From NCBI RefSeq assembly GCF_001194135.2, contig NC_068997.1, positions 28,552,225-28,584,797 on the forward strand: DNA of 32,573 nt, written 5' to 3'. This DNA is from Octopus bimaculoides (taxonomy: Eukaryota). The notes below the pieces were generated by a model that saw only the letters and a list, made by a program, of their open reading frames with translations, had not been told where the DNA came from and did not search any database. Shown here one piece after another: positions 9,941 through 21,439 of the stretch; within the stretch, counting starts at the first letter, position 1, and every line of letters begins with the position of its first letter. The translations under genes and the position numbers were made by a program.

Positions 9941-10754
9941 ACTGCTATCATACTGAAAATAAAACCCATCAACACACGCACACTCACATACACACACACA
10001 CATTCACACACACACACACACACACAAACGGCATGTCAACGTGGAACCTCTATCGAGCCGTTTGACCTCCTAAACAACATTTTTCTCCTGTTTGCCGGCA
10101 AAAGTGCAGCGGAGCAATATACGTGCGACACTTAGAGGTTTGTGGCAATCCACCACGTATCTGATATGACACTAAAAAAAAACACGTGCATCAAACTATA
10201 AATCAACATACCTCTGCACGTTGATAGACTGCCCATGGACCACACCCAGGGGTCACCTTTACAGTGAAACAAAATACTCTGTTGTAAGACTATATGGAAA
10301 TGCGAATANNNNNNNNNNNNNNNNNNNNNNNNNNNNNNNNNNNNNNNNNNNNNNNNNNNNNNNNNNNNNNNNNNNNNNNNNNNNNNNNNNNNNNNNNNNN
10401 NNNNNNNNNNNNNNNCGAATATGTGCACATGGTCGGTTCATTGCCGAAGCAAGTTCAAACTAAATCCCTGCCAGTACATAGTCAACAGGGCACGAGGTAG
10501 ACAGGCCGTGAACTTTTTTCCCACGAGAGTTCCGGACCCCAGTAATGAACTCATTTGCAAGCAGCCAATCAGAGTTCACCTTGGCCATGTCAAGTTAAGA
10601 AACGTAGTCTACCAAGTAAACTCAAGACGAAAGACGGTGTTTTAAGTCGACCGATTTCCAAGTTATGCTTGATTTTAGAAGACAAGTAATTAGATAGATT
10701 TGCATCTATACCTATTATCGGATTTTGTTAGGGCCCCATATGGTAAAGATGTGG

Positions 10755-11045
10755 ATGGGGAAAATGTGGTTAGAGGGTGATGTGTTAGAGGGTGGGGGGA
10801 TAAAAGTGGGACTACTGTTAAAGGGAGACTACTGTTAAGGGAAGGTAATGGCCAGGGCAACAGAGTCTAACTTTAGAAGTTAGACTTCGTATTATAATTC
10901 TCTAAATGAAGGTCATTGCCCTAGCCGTAGTTCTATTTTTATCCCACCTCTTCCTTGCCCTGGTAATTAATCTCCTTTGTTTATCAACTAATCTCTCACT
11001 CCTATTCTATAAGGCTTTTGTCCAATTCCCCACCCCTCCAACCGC
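10755..11045. repeat. Nested imperfect inverted repeat (G-rich left half, C-rich right half)
   Basis: agtctaactt/aagttagact (10864-10886), ggccagggcaa/ttgccctagcc (10850-10860 and 10916-10926), gggataaaa..actac/gtagt..ttttatccc. Confidence 0.55.
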
Positions 11046-11182
11046 TTGAAACAGTCGTACTGCATCACTACTCGATATCCTGTTTCTTATTTTGATTTTA
11101 TTCACCTTACTTCGAGCTGTGCGGATAATACCAGACTGACTTGGTGCTTCAACTTAAGTACCTAATTCAACTGAATCTCAAT

Positions 11183-11184
<2 letters not shown>

Positions 11185-11269
<85 letters not shown>

Positions 11270-11299
11270 CAAATAATATGTGAGTATATGCATATATAC
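11185..11299. repeat. (CT)n(AT)n microsatellite at gap edge
   Basis: Direct reading. Confidence 0.95.
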
Positions 11300-11548
11300 N
11301 NNNNNNNNNNNNNNNNNNNNNNNNNNNNNNNNNNNNNNNNNNNNNNNNNNNNNNNNNNNNNNNNNNNNNNNNNNNNNNNNNNNNNNNNNNNNNNNNNNNN
11401 NNNNNNNNNNNNNNNNNNNNNNNNNNNNNNNNNNNNNNNNNNNNNNNNNNNNNNNNNNNNNNNNNNNNNNNNNNNNNNNNNNNNNNNNNNNNNNNNNNNN
11501 NNNNNNNNNNNNNNNNNNNNNNNNNNNNNNNNNNNNNNNNNNNNNNNN

Positions 11549-11619
11549 ATACCGAAGTTCAGAAAAATAGCAGCTAAAAAGCTAGCTTTTTTAGCTGCTA
11601 TTTTTCTGAACTTCGGTAT
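11549..11619. repeat. 71-bp near-perfect palindrome
   Basis: ataccgaagttcagaaaaatagcagctaaaaa-gctagc-ttttttagctgctatttttctgaacttcggtat. One extra T is the only asymmetry. It starts at the gap edge. Confidence 0.95.
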
Positions 11620-12426
11620 ATGGTGAAGCAAATATTTTGCTGATCCCTTAATTATATTTATAAATATATGAACTTTTTTGAATAAGTTCTCCACCAATAA
11701 TGGTGCTTTCATACCGTTGGGCTTGGTAAAAATTATTAATTATTAATTGATTTATTAATTAGTAAATTGATAATTCCTTTATCCTTTTAATTTATAATTG
11801 TATATATACATACCGGCATCGACGTAAATGGCCGGAAACTGTCGATTGTGATATCTCTTTACCGTACGGTTTCAGCTTTAGACTGAAGTATTGTAAAAAG
11901 AATCGCCACGGTTCGCCAATTTCCGGACAGCCTCGCTACGAGCATATATGTTCACTCCATAACAAGTATGTTATATACACGACAAGTGCCGGTAATTCAT
12001 ATATTTAGTACTGATTATTAAAGTAAATTTAGAAGTGGTTGAAATGGAGTCTAAGTTTCGTATCTATCCTGATCCTATTATCTGCTTTGCACGGGGCTGA
12101 CCCCCAAACATTCAGACAACTGCTACACCTTAAAACACTTTTGCAATATTTTTACATCATTATTATAAGACACCTGCTCCCGGCTCCCGGCCCCACACCG
12201 CCTCTATCCACATTCCAAACAGGCATAAAAATATAGACACAGAAATAGCAGAAGTATGAATAACCTAATTGATTTGAAACACCTTGCAGAGATACACACC
12301 ATTAATGAATGATGAATGCTGCGAATCAATAAGCAGCTTGCTCCCGACTGGGCCAACGCTGTTAACATCGCTGGAGTCGTTTCCAGAATCTATATTTACG
12401 AACCTAGCCGACGAGAAAACCTTTTT

Positions 12427-12592
12427 ATGGTCGCTTTAATTGCTAGAAATAATAGCAGACAAATCTTCGAATTACATCGTACTGTCTTTTAAAAAAATGT
12501 AGCCCTTGATATATTAAAATGCAGGATGGTATGACTGGAATGCATTTAATCATAGAATGCTCAGACTGGACTCACCTTGGGCTAAACAACAA
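12427..12592 (+). repeat. Degenerate dispersed repeat, family D (gctagaaat..gcagccaaat ... cctggggctaaacaacaa), copy 1
   Basis: Shares start and end motifs with 12660-12828 and 25052-25240. Confidence 0.55.
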
Positions 12593-12659
12593 TTCCAGTA
12601 ACAGTAGCAACAACATCAATATCTGTACAAACGAGTAAATGAAAGTGTCTTTACTTGGT

Positions 12660-12828
12660 CGTGCAACTTGCAAGAAATAGTCAGTTAAAGCTCTTTCAAA
12701 TAACAGCCAACTGTCTAAGAAAAAGGAAAAACAAATCGAACAATGTAGATAAAGAGATGGAATAATGACGGTTGTAACACCTTTGATCTTCGGTTTACAG
12801 GATCAAGACGGACCTAGGGTTAAACAAG
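12660..12828 (+). repeat. Family D copy 2
   Basis: cttgcaagaaatag...cctagggttaaacaag. Confidence 0.5.
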
Positions 12829-13043
12829 AGATACAAAAAATCTGATTTGATGATAAAGAAAATGCCCTGTCCATCATAGCTGTTGGTTCTCATCCTATTT
12901 GACTTCGTGGTATGTACATTGGAGAATGACATAAAGCAATATAAAAACTTAGTGCATTGGAAATTAGCTAAACAAGATTATTTGTGCAGCTCGCATAAAA
13001 ATTGCATAATATAAAAATATAGGAAGCTAAGCCCTTTTCCATA

Positions 13044-13068
13044 ATACATACATACATACATACATACA

Positions 13069-13096
<28 letters not shown>
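13044..13096. repeat. (TACA)n microsatellite
   Basis: Direct reading. Confidence 0.97.
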
Positions 13097-13099
<3 letters not shown>

Positions 13100-13184
13100 T
13101 CAAATTGAGGGAATGGAACGGATGAAAAGCAGGCTACGTATGTTCCTTAACTAGCTATCTTCTTGATGTAACAATTACTCTTAA

Positions 13185-13577
13185 CCCTTGGAAAATAAAT
13201 GCCTCGCTAAAAATATCATATATAAATGCACAGTCTCCATAGAGGATTCCAAGTTTGTATATATTGGCTCGTGGAGTACCACCTTCAAGGCGAGAAACAT
13301 TAATCACTACTCTAGCTTTAAATCTCAAGCGAAAAGTAACAGTTTTCTCTATCTAGGCTCACTCATATCCTCACACATGACTCAGTTTGCATACAATATG
13401 AAATGGTCCAGTGTTACGCATCCTAGGCTGTATAGCGGTTATAACTTCAAATACGATCTCTGCATTGCAGAAGTCTCATCTATTATGCAATGCAACTATT
13501 GCATAAACGAACGGAATGCCCTTATTCTTAACTGTAAACACAAATTACGTAACACATTCTTAAAGTACAAATGTTAG
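13185..13577 (+). mobile_element. Penelope-like element fragment: C-terminal GIY-YIG endonuclease
   Basis: NKCLAKNIIYKCTV...VYIGS...TTFKAR..NHYSSF...KWS...Y...DLC..E...NERN.L...CKH follows the PLE GIY-YIG pattern, including the Cys/His residues. No RT upstream. Confidence 0.8.
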
Positions 13578-14514
13578 TGTCTCACCCCGAGATTTCCCTT
13601 GCTAATCTTCCTTCATCCCTTCTATTTTGATTTCTCCTGAGTATTTATAACCATTACTTTCTCGTGTAATTTTTAAAATATATTTTATTTACTTATTCCT
13701 TCCCCTCTTTTTCTTTCTCCTTTTTTCTCTTTCCCTTCTTTAAAAACTCTCTTTACTCTTTCTCCATTTTCTCTCTTTGTTTCTTGTTTTCTTTTTGTTC
13801 TCGTTGGTACGCGTATATACTTGCATGCCTACCTTTTGTATATCTAGACATATACATAGTTATATATGTATACGCGTGTGTGTATGCGGGTGGAGTCATA
13901 TGCCTCTGGGCACTCAAGCAAATTTGTGTATACACTTACATCGAAAGGAGTATCTACATGCTGGACACGCGCTCATGTAAGCATGTGTTTGAGATCAGCG
14001 GCTGCCAGCGTCAATTTTCTGTTCGCGTTGATTTCATATTCAATGTAATGATACACTTTTATAGGCTAATTAATGACGTGAAAGTAATTTTCGCTATAAA
14101 TCAATAAACAAAGAGTTATTAATAATTAAAGTTTGAAAATTTTGGTAATTTTAGTCACTCGTAAGCCACAGACACATTCCTGGCTGTTTCGATAGTAAGA
14201 AGCGGAACATGAGAACTCTTTTGTCTCTCAACGTGCTTGTTGCCTTAGAAACAAGTGAATCCGAGCAGTTTTGGAAAAGTCTTTTATCTGCGAGGAAACA
14301 GGTGTTGACAAATTTGATGCTGTGTTCTGTGCTCTGTGTGATTGTGGCATCAAGCTCCAGTAACTTCGCTTCTATTATGGAAACACTGAAAACAGAGGAG
14401 GATAGTTTAAAAATTAAAACCGAAAGTTAAATGCTTTTTAGCATATTTAAATTGTAATTATACATATTTAATTTTTTTGTTTGACGTTTGTTTCCTTTTG
14501 TCATTGAGCATTGA

Positions 14515-14811
14515 GGTGGTTGTGAGGTGTGCTAAAAATAACAGCTAAATAAGATTTTTTGGATAAATCTTTTAAATTAAAGTTTATTTGCCAACATCTT
14601 ACTCAGAGATTTAAAACTTTTTTTCTCTTTTAAATTAACATAAACATTTATTTATATGAAAGAAAATCTACGGAGAACTTTCATTTGATTCTTTTAAATC
14701 TTTCTGTTAAAAATTGTAATGTGCTTATCGCATGTAACGTGTTGTTTATCGCATTTGCATTAAACACTGGTGGTTGTCAGGTGTGCTAAAAATAACAGCC
14801 AAATAAGATTT
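14515..14811 (+). repeat. 43-bp direct repeat pair, 254 bp apart
   Basis: ggtggttgt(g/c)aggtgtgctaaaaataacagc(t/c)aaataagattt at 14515-14557 and 14769-14811, 2 mismatches. Confidence 0.9.
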
Positions 14812-14896
14812 ATTTGCAGGAAAAAAAAATTACCGGAGACATAACACGTGTTGCTTACAAATATTGACAACCCGTGCTATTTTCAGGATATTGACG

Positions 14897-14990
14897 ACAA
14901 AATGTGCAGTCACGACCTTGGCGTAATTTGAACTCAGAACGTAGCGACGGGCGAAATACCTCTAAGCATTTCGTCCAGTGTGCTAACCAT
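14897..14990 (-). mobile_element. SINE A fragment
   Basis: cgaccttggcgtaatttgaactcagaacgtagcgacgggcgaaatacc. Confidence 0.85.
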
Positions 14991-15193
14991 TCTTTTCTAC
15001 TAAAGGCACAAGGCCTGAAATTTTGGGGGACGGAGCTAGTCGATTAGATCGACCCAGTACGCAACTGGTATTTAATTTATCGACCCCGAAAGGATGAAAG
15101 GCAAAGTCGACCTCGGCGGAATTTGAACTCAGAACGTAGCAACGGGTGAAATATCGTCCAACGTGCTAACGATCTTGCCAGCTCGCCGCCTTA
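14990..15193 (-). mobile_element. SINE family A, full length
   Basis: ttttctactaaaggcacaaggcc...atcgaccccgaaaggatgaaaggcaaagtcgacctcggcgg...gccagctcgccgcctt. Confidence 0.95.
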
Positions 15194-15202
15194 AGCCAAA
15201 CC

Positions 15203-15240
<38 letters not shown>

Positions 15241-15312
15241 CCTTTCTATTGAAATTTCGTGGGAGCGGTGTAAGGTGATTACATCGGCCCCAGTGTTCAA
15301 CTGGTACTTATT
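15203..15312 (-). mobile_element. SINE A 3' end with (ATT)n tail, running into gap
   Basis: (aat)n at 15203-15240 followed by cctttctattgaaattt...caactggtacttatt. Confidence 0.75.
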
Positions 15313-17078
15313 NNNNNNNNNNNNNNNNNNNNNNNNNNNNNNNNNNNNNNNNNNNNNNNNNNNNNNNNNNNNNNNNNNNNNNNNNNNNNNNNNNNNNNNN
15401 NNNNNNNNNNNNNNNNNNNNNNNNNNNNNNNNNNNNNNNNNNNNNNNNNNNNNNNNNNNNNNNNNNNNNNNNNNNNNNNNNNNNNNNNNNNNNNNNNNNN
15501 NNNNNNNNNNNNNNNNNNNNNNNNNNNNNNNNNNNNNNNNNNNNNNNNNNNNNNNNNNNNNNNNNNNNNNNNNNNNNNNNNNNNNNNNNNNNNNNNNNNN
15601 NNNNNNNNNNNNNNNNNNNNNNNNNNNNNNNNNNNNNNNNNNNNNNNNNNNNNNNNNNNNNNNNNNNNNNNNNNNNNNNNNNNNNNNNNNNNNNNNNNNN
15701 NNNNNNNNNNNNNNNNNNNNNNNNNNNNNNNNNNNNNNNNNNNNNNNNNNNNNNNNNNNNNNNNNNNNNNNNNNNNNNNNNNNNNNNNNNNNNNNNNNNN
15801 NNNNNNNNNNNNNNNNNNNNNNNNNNNNNNNNNNNNNNNNNNNNNNNNNNNNNNNNNNNNNNNNNNNNNNNNNNNNNNNNNNNNNNNNNNNNNNNNNNNN
15901 NNNNNNNNNNNNNNNNNNNNNNNNNNNNNNNNNNNNNNNNNNNNNNNNNNNNNNNNNNNNNNNNNNNNNNNNNNNNNNNNNNNNNNNNNNNNNNNNNNNN
16001 NNNNNNNNNNNNNNNNNNNNNNNNNNNNNNNNNNNNNNNNNNNNNNNNNNNNNNNNNNNNNNNNNNNNNNNNNNNNNNNNNNNNNNNNNNNNNNNNNNNN
16101 NNNNNNNNNNNNNNNNNNNNNNNNNNNNNNNNNNNNNNNNNNNNNNNNNNNNNNNNNNNNNNNNNNNNNNNNNNNNNNNNNNNNNNNNNNNNNNNNNNNN
16201 NNNNNNNNNNNNNNNNNNNNNNNNNNNNNNNNNNNNNNNNNNNNNNNNNNNNNNNNNNNNNNNNNNNNNNNNNNNNNNNNNNNNNNNNNNNNNNNNAAAT
16301 TTTCAACTCTATAAATATACATCATTTAGAATATAGTTTCTAAAATTAGAATCTTGTGTAAGGATATTGATTCTATCGTCTGAGACTATGCTTTCTATCA
16401 GACGATAAATTATAGTTCTTAATGAGAATTTTGATGTGACAGACGGGAGAAGAGAAGGGAGGAGGAACCAATAAAATCTGCTTAAAATATTTCACCAGCT
16501 TTTACAACACTCTCCCAGCTAAACAGAAACTGTCCGCACAATTAGCTAATGTGTTAACACACCTAGAACAATTCCCAAAACACCACTAACACGTTACTAA
16601 GTTACCTACACAGATAGTTAACGTCCAGACACGCACCAAACTACGCCAACACACCAAACTAATGTGTGAATACACTTGATGTTTTAAGAGATTTAAGTAA
16701 CACGTCAATACGCTCAGTCTGAACTGTGACTCGGCTGGGAATCTTCAGATATAGGTTCGATTCACAACACTGCTCTTTCTTTTTACATTACTATTTTCAG
16801 TTTTTACATCCTTAATTTCTGATTGGACTTAATGACATAGCTAACCTACCCACACACTAAAGTATGACAAAAATCCCTACTCAATGTCTTGATAGTATCA
16901 TATATCTCAGCCTTCGCAGCTCATGTCACAATATATTTGCTAAAGTATCAACTCATCTGGTTATGTAACAGCGTTGTCTATTGTTAATTAAAAAAATAAT
17001 CCATCTGAAAGTGGACAATGATGTTTGCTGGAATGGCATGGCGCCTACCTAAATGCCTCACAAAATTTAATTTCCGCG

Positions 17079-17282
17079 AAGGCGGCGAGATGGCAGAATC
17101 GTTACTGCACCGGATCAAATGCTTAATGGCATCTCACTCGTCTTTACTTTCTGAGTTCAAATTTCTCTGAGATCGACTTTACCTTTAATTCTTTCGTGGT
17201 CGATAAAATAAGTACCAGTTGAAGATTGGGGCCGACTAACGTCCTTCCCCGAACTTCCTAGCCTTATATCGAAATTTGAAAG
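17079..17282 (+). mobile_element. SINE family A, diverged
   Basis: aaggcggcgagatggcagaatcgtt...gagttcaaatt...gtcgataaaataagtaccagtt...aaatttgaaa. Confidence 0.9.
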
Positions 17283-17372
17283 CAATGTTTAGCTTTCGTA
17301 AGCTCGCGAGCTGGCAGAATCGTTAGCTCGTCGGACAAAATATTCCTTTTTAAAAAACCTTTCAGCTGAAAA

Positions 17373-17576
17373 AAATTTTTGGGGGTTGGGGGCAGTCGAT
17401 TACATCGAGCACAGTGCGTAATTGGCACTTATTTCATCGACCTCGAAAGGATGAAAGGCAAAGTCGACCTCGGTGGAATTTGAACTCAGAACACAGCGAC
17501 GGGCGAAACGCTCATAAGCATTTTGCACGGCATGCTAACAACTCTGCCAGCTCGCTGCATTCATCATCATCATCAA

Positions 17577-17609
<33 letters not shown>

Positions 17610-17821
17610 CCTTTCTATTATAGTCACAAAGTATGGAATTTGGTGGGAGGGGGCTAGTCGATTCTATCGACCCAAGTGTATAACTGGTACTTATTTCATC
17701 ACCCCCAAAAGGATGAAAGGCAAAGTCGACCTCGGCGGAATTTGAACTCAAAACATAGTGACGGGTGAAATACCGCTAAGCATTTCGTCGACCGTGCTAA
17801 CGATTCTGCCAGCACGTCGCT

Positions 17822-17864
<43 letters not shown>

Positions 17865-18210
17865 TAATAATAGTCTTTTCTATTCTAGATACAAGGCTCG
17901 AAATTTTTTTTTGTGGGGGGAGTAAGTCGATTAGATCGATCCCCAGTACGCAACTGGTACTTAATTTATCGACCCCGAAAAGATGAAAGGCAAAGTCGAA
18001 CTCGGCAGAATTTGAACTCAGAACGTAAAGACAGACGAAATACCGCTAAGCATTTCGCCTGTCGTACTAACGTTTCTGCCAGCTCGCCACCTTAATAATA
18101 ATAATAATAATAATAATAACAATAATAATAATGATGATGATGATGATGATGATGAAGATGAAGATGATGGTTTCAAATTTTGGCACCAGGACAGCAATTT
18201 CGGGGGAAAA
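17373..18210 (-). mobile_element. Head-to-tail array of four SINE A units separated by (AAT)n tracts
   Basis: Units at 17373-17560, 17609-17823, 17873-18093 and a 3' stub at 18169-18210. The spacers are (aat)n/(cat)n/(gat)n. Confidence 0.93.
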
Positions 18211-18354
18211 GGAGAGAATGATTATTTATGAAGACATTTGAGATAAATAGTAAGAACATTTTACATCGAATTTGATGAGAAGATACTCAAGAATCCTTGA
18301 CCGCCTGGATGGATTTCATAAACGTCTGATTTTACAGAAAATCTATGAAAAGAG

Positions 18355-18355
<1 letters not shown>

Positions 18356-18398
<43 letters not shown>
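18356..18398. repeat. (GATA)n microsatellite
   Basis: Direct reading. Confidence 0.96.
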
Positions 18399-18399
<1 letters not shown>

Positions 18400-18950
18400 G
18401 TAAAGAAAATGAAGGAAAGAGAGAGAGAGAAAGAGTGCTTGTTTGTGCTTGTGTTAGATTGGTGTGACAATGAAAGAGAGATGGAGAGTTACGTAAGAGA
18501 GAAAGAGGGACAGAGACAGGGAGAAACAGAGACAGAGAGAAGATTTGATGGGTGTAAGGGAGAAAGACTGTAAAGAAATATCATTATGAAATATAAAGCC
18601 ACTTCAAAAAATTCTTTGATATCGAGTTTACTGTGGTAATAATTTTCATTGTAGTACTTTTGCTGTGTCAGTAACATCTGCAGTAAAAGTGCTTCTACGA
18701 TGGAAGATTTAAGTCCAGCACTCTATGAAGGCAAATTTGATAGCAAGTTTCTGCTATAGTAAGCAGCGGTAGCATTGGAAAAATGATGCGTGTTTCATTA
18801 GCTTACAGCACTGAATTCAAACCTCCATTGCCTGTTTAGCTAAGAGAAGGATAAATTCAGTTTGGTTAACTAGTCTTAGATGCCTTATATAAATACGAAG
18901 ATTTCAGTGGAAGAAACCATTGCAACGCCAAATGGCATTATCTTTTTGTC

Positions 18951-19200
18951 TTCAACTCGTTTCAGTCATTGGACTACGGCCATGCTGGGGCATCGTCTTG
19001 AAAGGTGTTCTAGTCGAAGGAATCGACCTCGGTATTCACAGTTCTTAATTCTGCTACTTATTCTGTTGCTTACTTTTGTCGAATCGTCACATAACGGGGA
19101 ACGAAACAAGCCAACAACAGTGAAAGACACTTGTCCAACGGTGCGGCGCACCAGAACTGAATGGGAAACCACCGGTTTGCAAAACAGCTTCCTTAACCAG
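18951..19200 (-). mobile_element. SINE family B, old and internally deleted
   Basis: gtttcagtcattggactacggccatgctgg...aagacacttgtccaacggtgc. Confidence 0.8.
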
Positions 19201-19360
19201 AACCTGATTATAGAAAATTCTTTCAACATAAAACTCTGTCCGCCCGCAATTTTTATTGATTCTTGTTCGGTTCCAAGGTGGGGTCCTGACTGAGCAGTGG
19301 CTTTCCAGCCATGGCAATCCTAACTTTTACAGATATGTAGAATTTCATTATCCAATATGT

Positions 19361-19523
19361 TGTAACCCTCAGTCGGATTATTAGAACGCCCTCTCCGGTC
19401 TAGTAGTATAACAAGTTAGACAAGTAAGACCACGACTATCTATGACCGTCTACTTCGAACTCTCTACTCATACTGACACTGACTGACAGTATTTATAATG
19501 ACTCATACATACTACTCGTCACA
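19361..19523 (-). mobile_element. Possible short solo LTR
   Basis: Minus strand TGTGAC...GTTACA (TG...CA termini), internal TATAAATA followed by TCAGTCAGT, and an AATAAT near the 3' end. No TSD found. Confidence 0.35.
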
Positions 19524-19794
19524 TGAGAAGGGTGTTCTATTATTACTATTGTCCCCATAAGACAATATGACCTTTCTTCCTTTAAGACAGTAGTATGTGC
19601 GATTTGTGGACAATTTTGGCTGTTATTTATAGCAGGTCGACCATATAGAGTCTCCTGCTTGGTTTGCCGTTTAACAGAAGGTCGAAAAGAAGATTAATAT
19701 CTTCCAATTCTCCAGCTGTCAACCAACCCAAAGATTGGAGATATTCTTTGTCTGTAAGTGTGCGTGGGAGAATGTGTGCAAGTGGATATGTATT

Positions 19795-19983
19795 TGTATG
19801 CGAGTGTGTGTGTGTGCGTGTGTGTATGTGTGTGAGTGAATTAGAGAGAGAGCCAGCTACAGAGAGAGAGAGGGGGGAGGGAAAGAGAGAGCGTGTATGA
19901 GTCGAGAGTGAAAACAAATATGTGGGGAGACAAAAAGAGAGAGAGAAAAAAGAAAGTCAGAGAGAGGCACAAAGAAAGAAAAG

Positions 19984-20021
<38 letters not shown>

Positions 20022-20040
20022 GAGAGACACAGAGAGAAAA
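19795..20040. repeat. (TG)n and GA-rich low-complexity tract
   Basis: Direct reading. Confidence 0.9.
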
Positions 20041-20390
20041 ACAGTAATGTATTATATTTTAGAGTTGCTTGTCTGGTATTCATAGCATTTATTAGAAGAT
20101 TGTCGGCCATATTGCCAATAACAGTGAAGCTAGTTGGCCATGTCGAGTTGCATGATAAAGCTTTTCCATTGTCCTACCTCGGACGGAGAAGAAGGATGTC
20201 TCGTATTACAACAACTAATAAATATTTCATTGATGAGAAGTTTATGTAACACATACTCACACAGTGATACCCTACAGCAAATGTTTTGTGACCTGGGTAG
20301 GCCAAGATATTAGGAAAATTTCCGTGTTTTTAGTAATCTATTGCAAAACACTGGTGCAGTACAACTGTATTCCTGTCGAGAAGTTCTTTT

Positions 20391-21439
20391 TTAATACAAA
20401 ATATACTCTCCTTCATTTTCTACAATGCTCTTTCATCTATCTGGTAGACTTGCATGGCCCCAAAATTCACTTGTCCGTGACGAAAAATAGTCCTCCAGTA
20501 CTGTTCTGACCTCGTCTACAGAATTCATAATTTTTTCCGTCCAAATGATTTGGAAGACTGCGGAATAAATGATAATCAGATGTGGAAAAGTCCGGCGAAC
20601 ATCGTGGATGAGTCATCGTTTTCCATTCAAAATGCTAAAGCCTTTGGAATGTCATCCTCGCAGTATCTGGCCGAGCATTATCCTGATGGAATAACACTTT
20701 TCGTCTTGAAACCAAAAATAGCCATTTTTCTTCTAGCGCTGACTTAAGTCTCTCATGCTACTCGCAGTAGATCTCCTTTGTTATCGTTTGGTTTGAGCTT
20801 AAAAGTTCAAAGTGGATTAAACCCTTCATATCCCACCAAATAGATAACTGCACCTTACGTGGGCGAAAGACCTTCTTTAACCTGAGGTGTCAGTGTTTCT
20901 CCTGTCCCTACCCAATGTCTTTAGCCAGGAGTGCCAGTGTTTCTCCTTTCCCTACTCACTGTCTTTGGTGCTTGACATTTTTACAGAGAACCCATTTCTC
21001 GTCACCACTTATTATTCAGTCCAAAAAAGGTTCATTCATGAGACGAGCACACATTCACTCTCTGCACACGATTAGACTCAGAAAGCTTGTGAAGAACCCA
21101 TCGACCCAATTTGCTGACGTTTCCAATGGCCCGAAGGTGTCGATGAATGGTTGAATGACCAAATCCAAGCTTCTCTGCTAGTTCCTCAACAGTTACGAAG
21201 GGACTTTGTTCCACCAAGTTGTGCAGGACGTCCTCGTCGAACTCTACAGATCTTCCAGGACGATGCACGTCTTCTAGGCTGTAGCTTCCGGTTTGGAATT
21301 TGTGGAACCACCGTTGACACTGGCTTACGCTTATTGTCCGATCCCCATATACTGCATTAATATTCCTCGCACTTTCCGTTGCGTTGTTGCCTTTATTGAA
21401 CTCATAAAGCAAAATATGCCGAATATGCTCCTTTGTCAT
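20391..21439 (-). mobile_element. Decayed mariner (DD34D) transposase, near full length
   Basis: N-terminus MTKEHIRHILLYEFNKG...QCQRWFHKF...LGRWVLHKL (the WVPHEL equivalent), then GDEKW, then HQDNARP...SPDFSTSDYHLFRSL. By my count 34 residues separate the second and third Asp. Stops and frameshifts are present. TIRs not identifiable. Confidence 0.93.

Noticed and set aside
17560-18135. Dong/R4 as the mobiliser of SINE A, because both associate with TAA/ATT repeats
   Set aside because: The polarity is opposite: SINE A has (ATT)n on its sense strand, whereas the R4 flank is (TAA)n on its sense strand. The R4 3' end is also missing, so tails cannot be compared.
17373-18210. SINE array as a CRISPR-like repeat-spacer locus
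   Set aside because: The units are about 200-bp tRNA-derived SINEs with microsatellite spacers in a eukaryotic context, and there are no cas genes.
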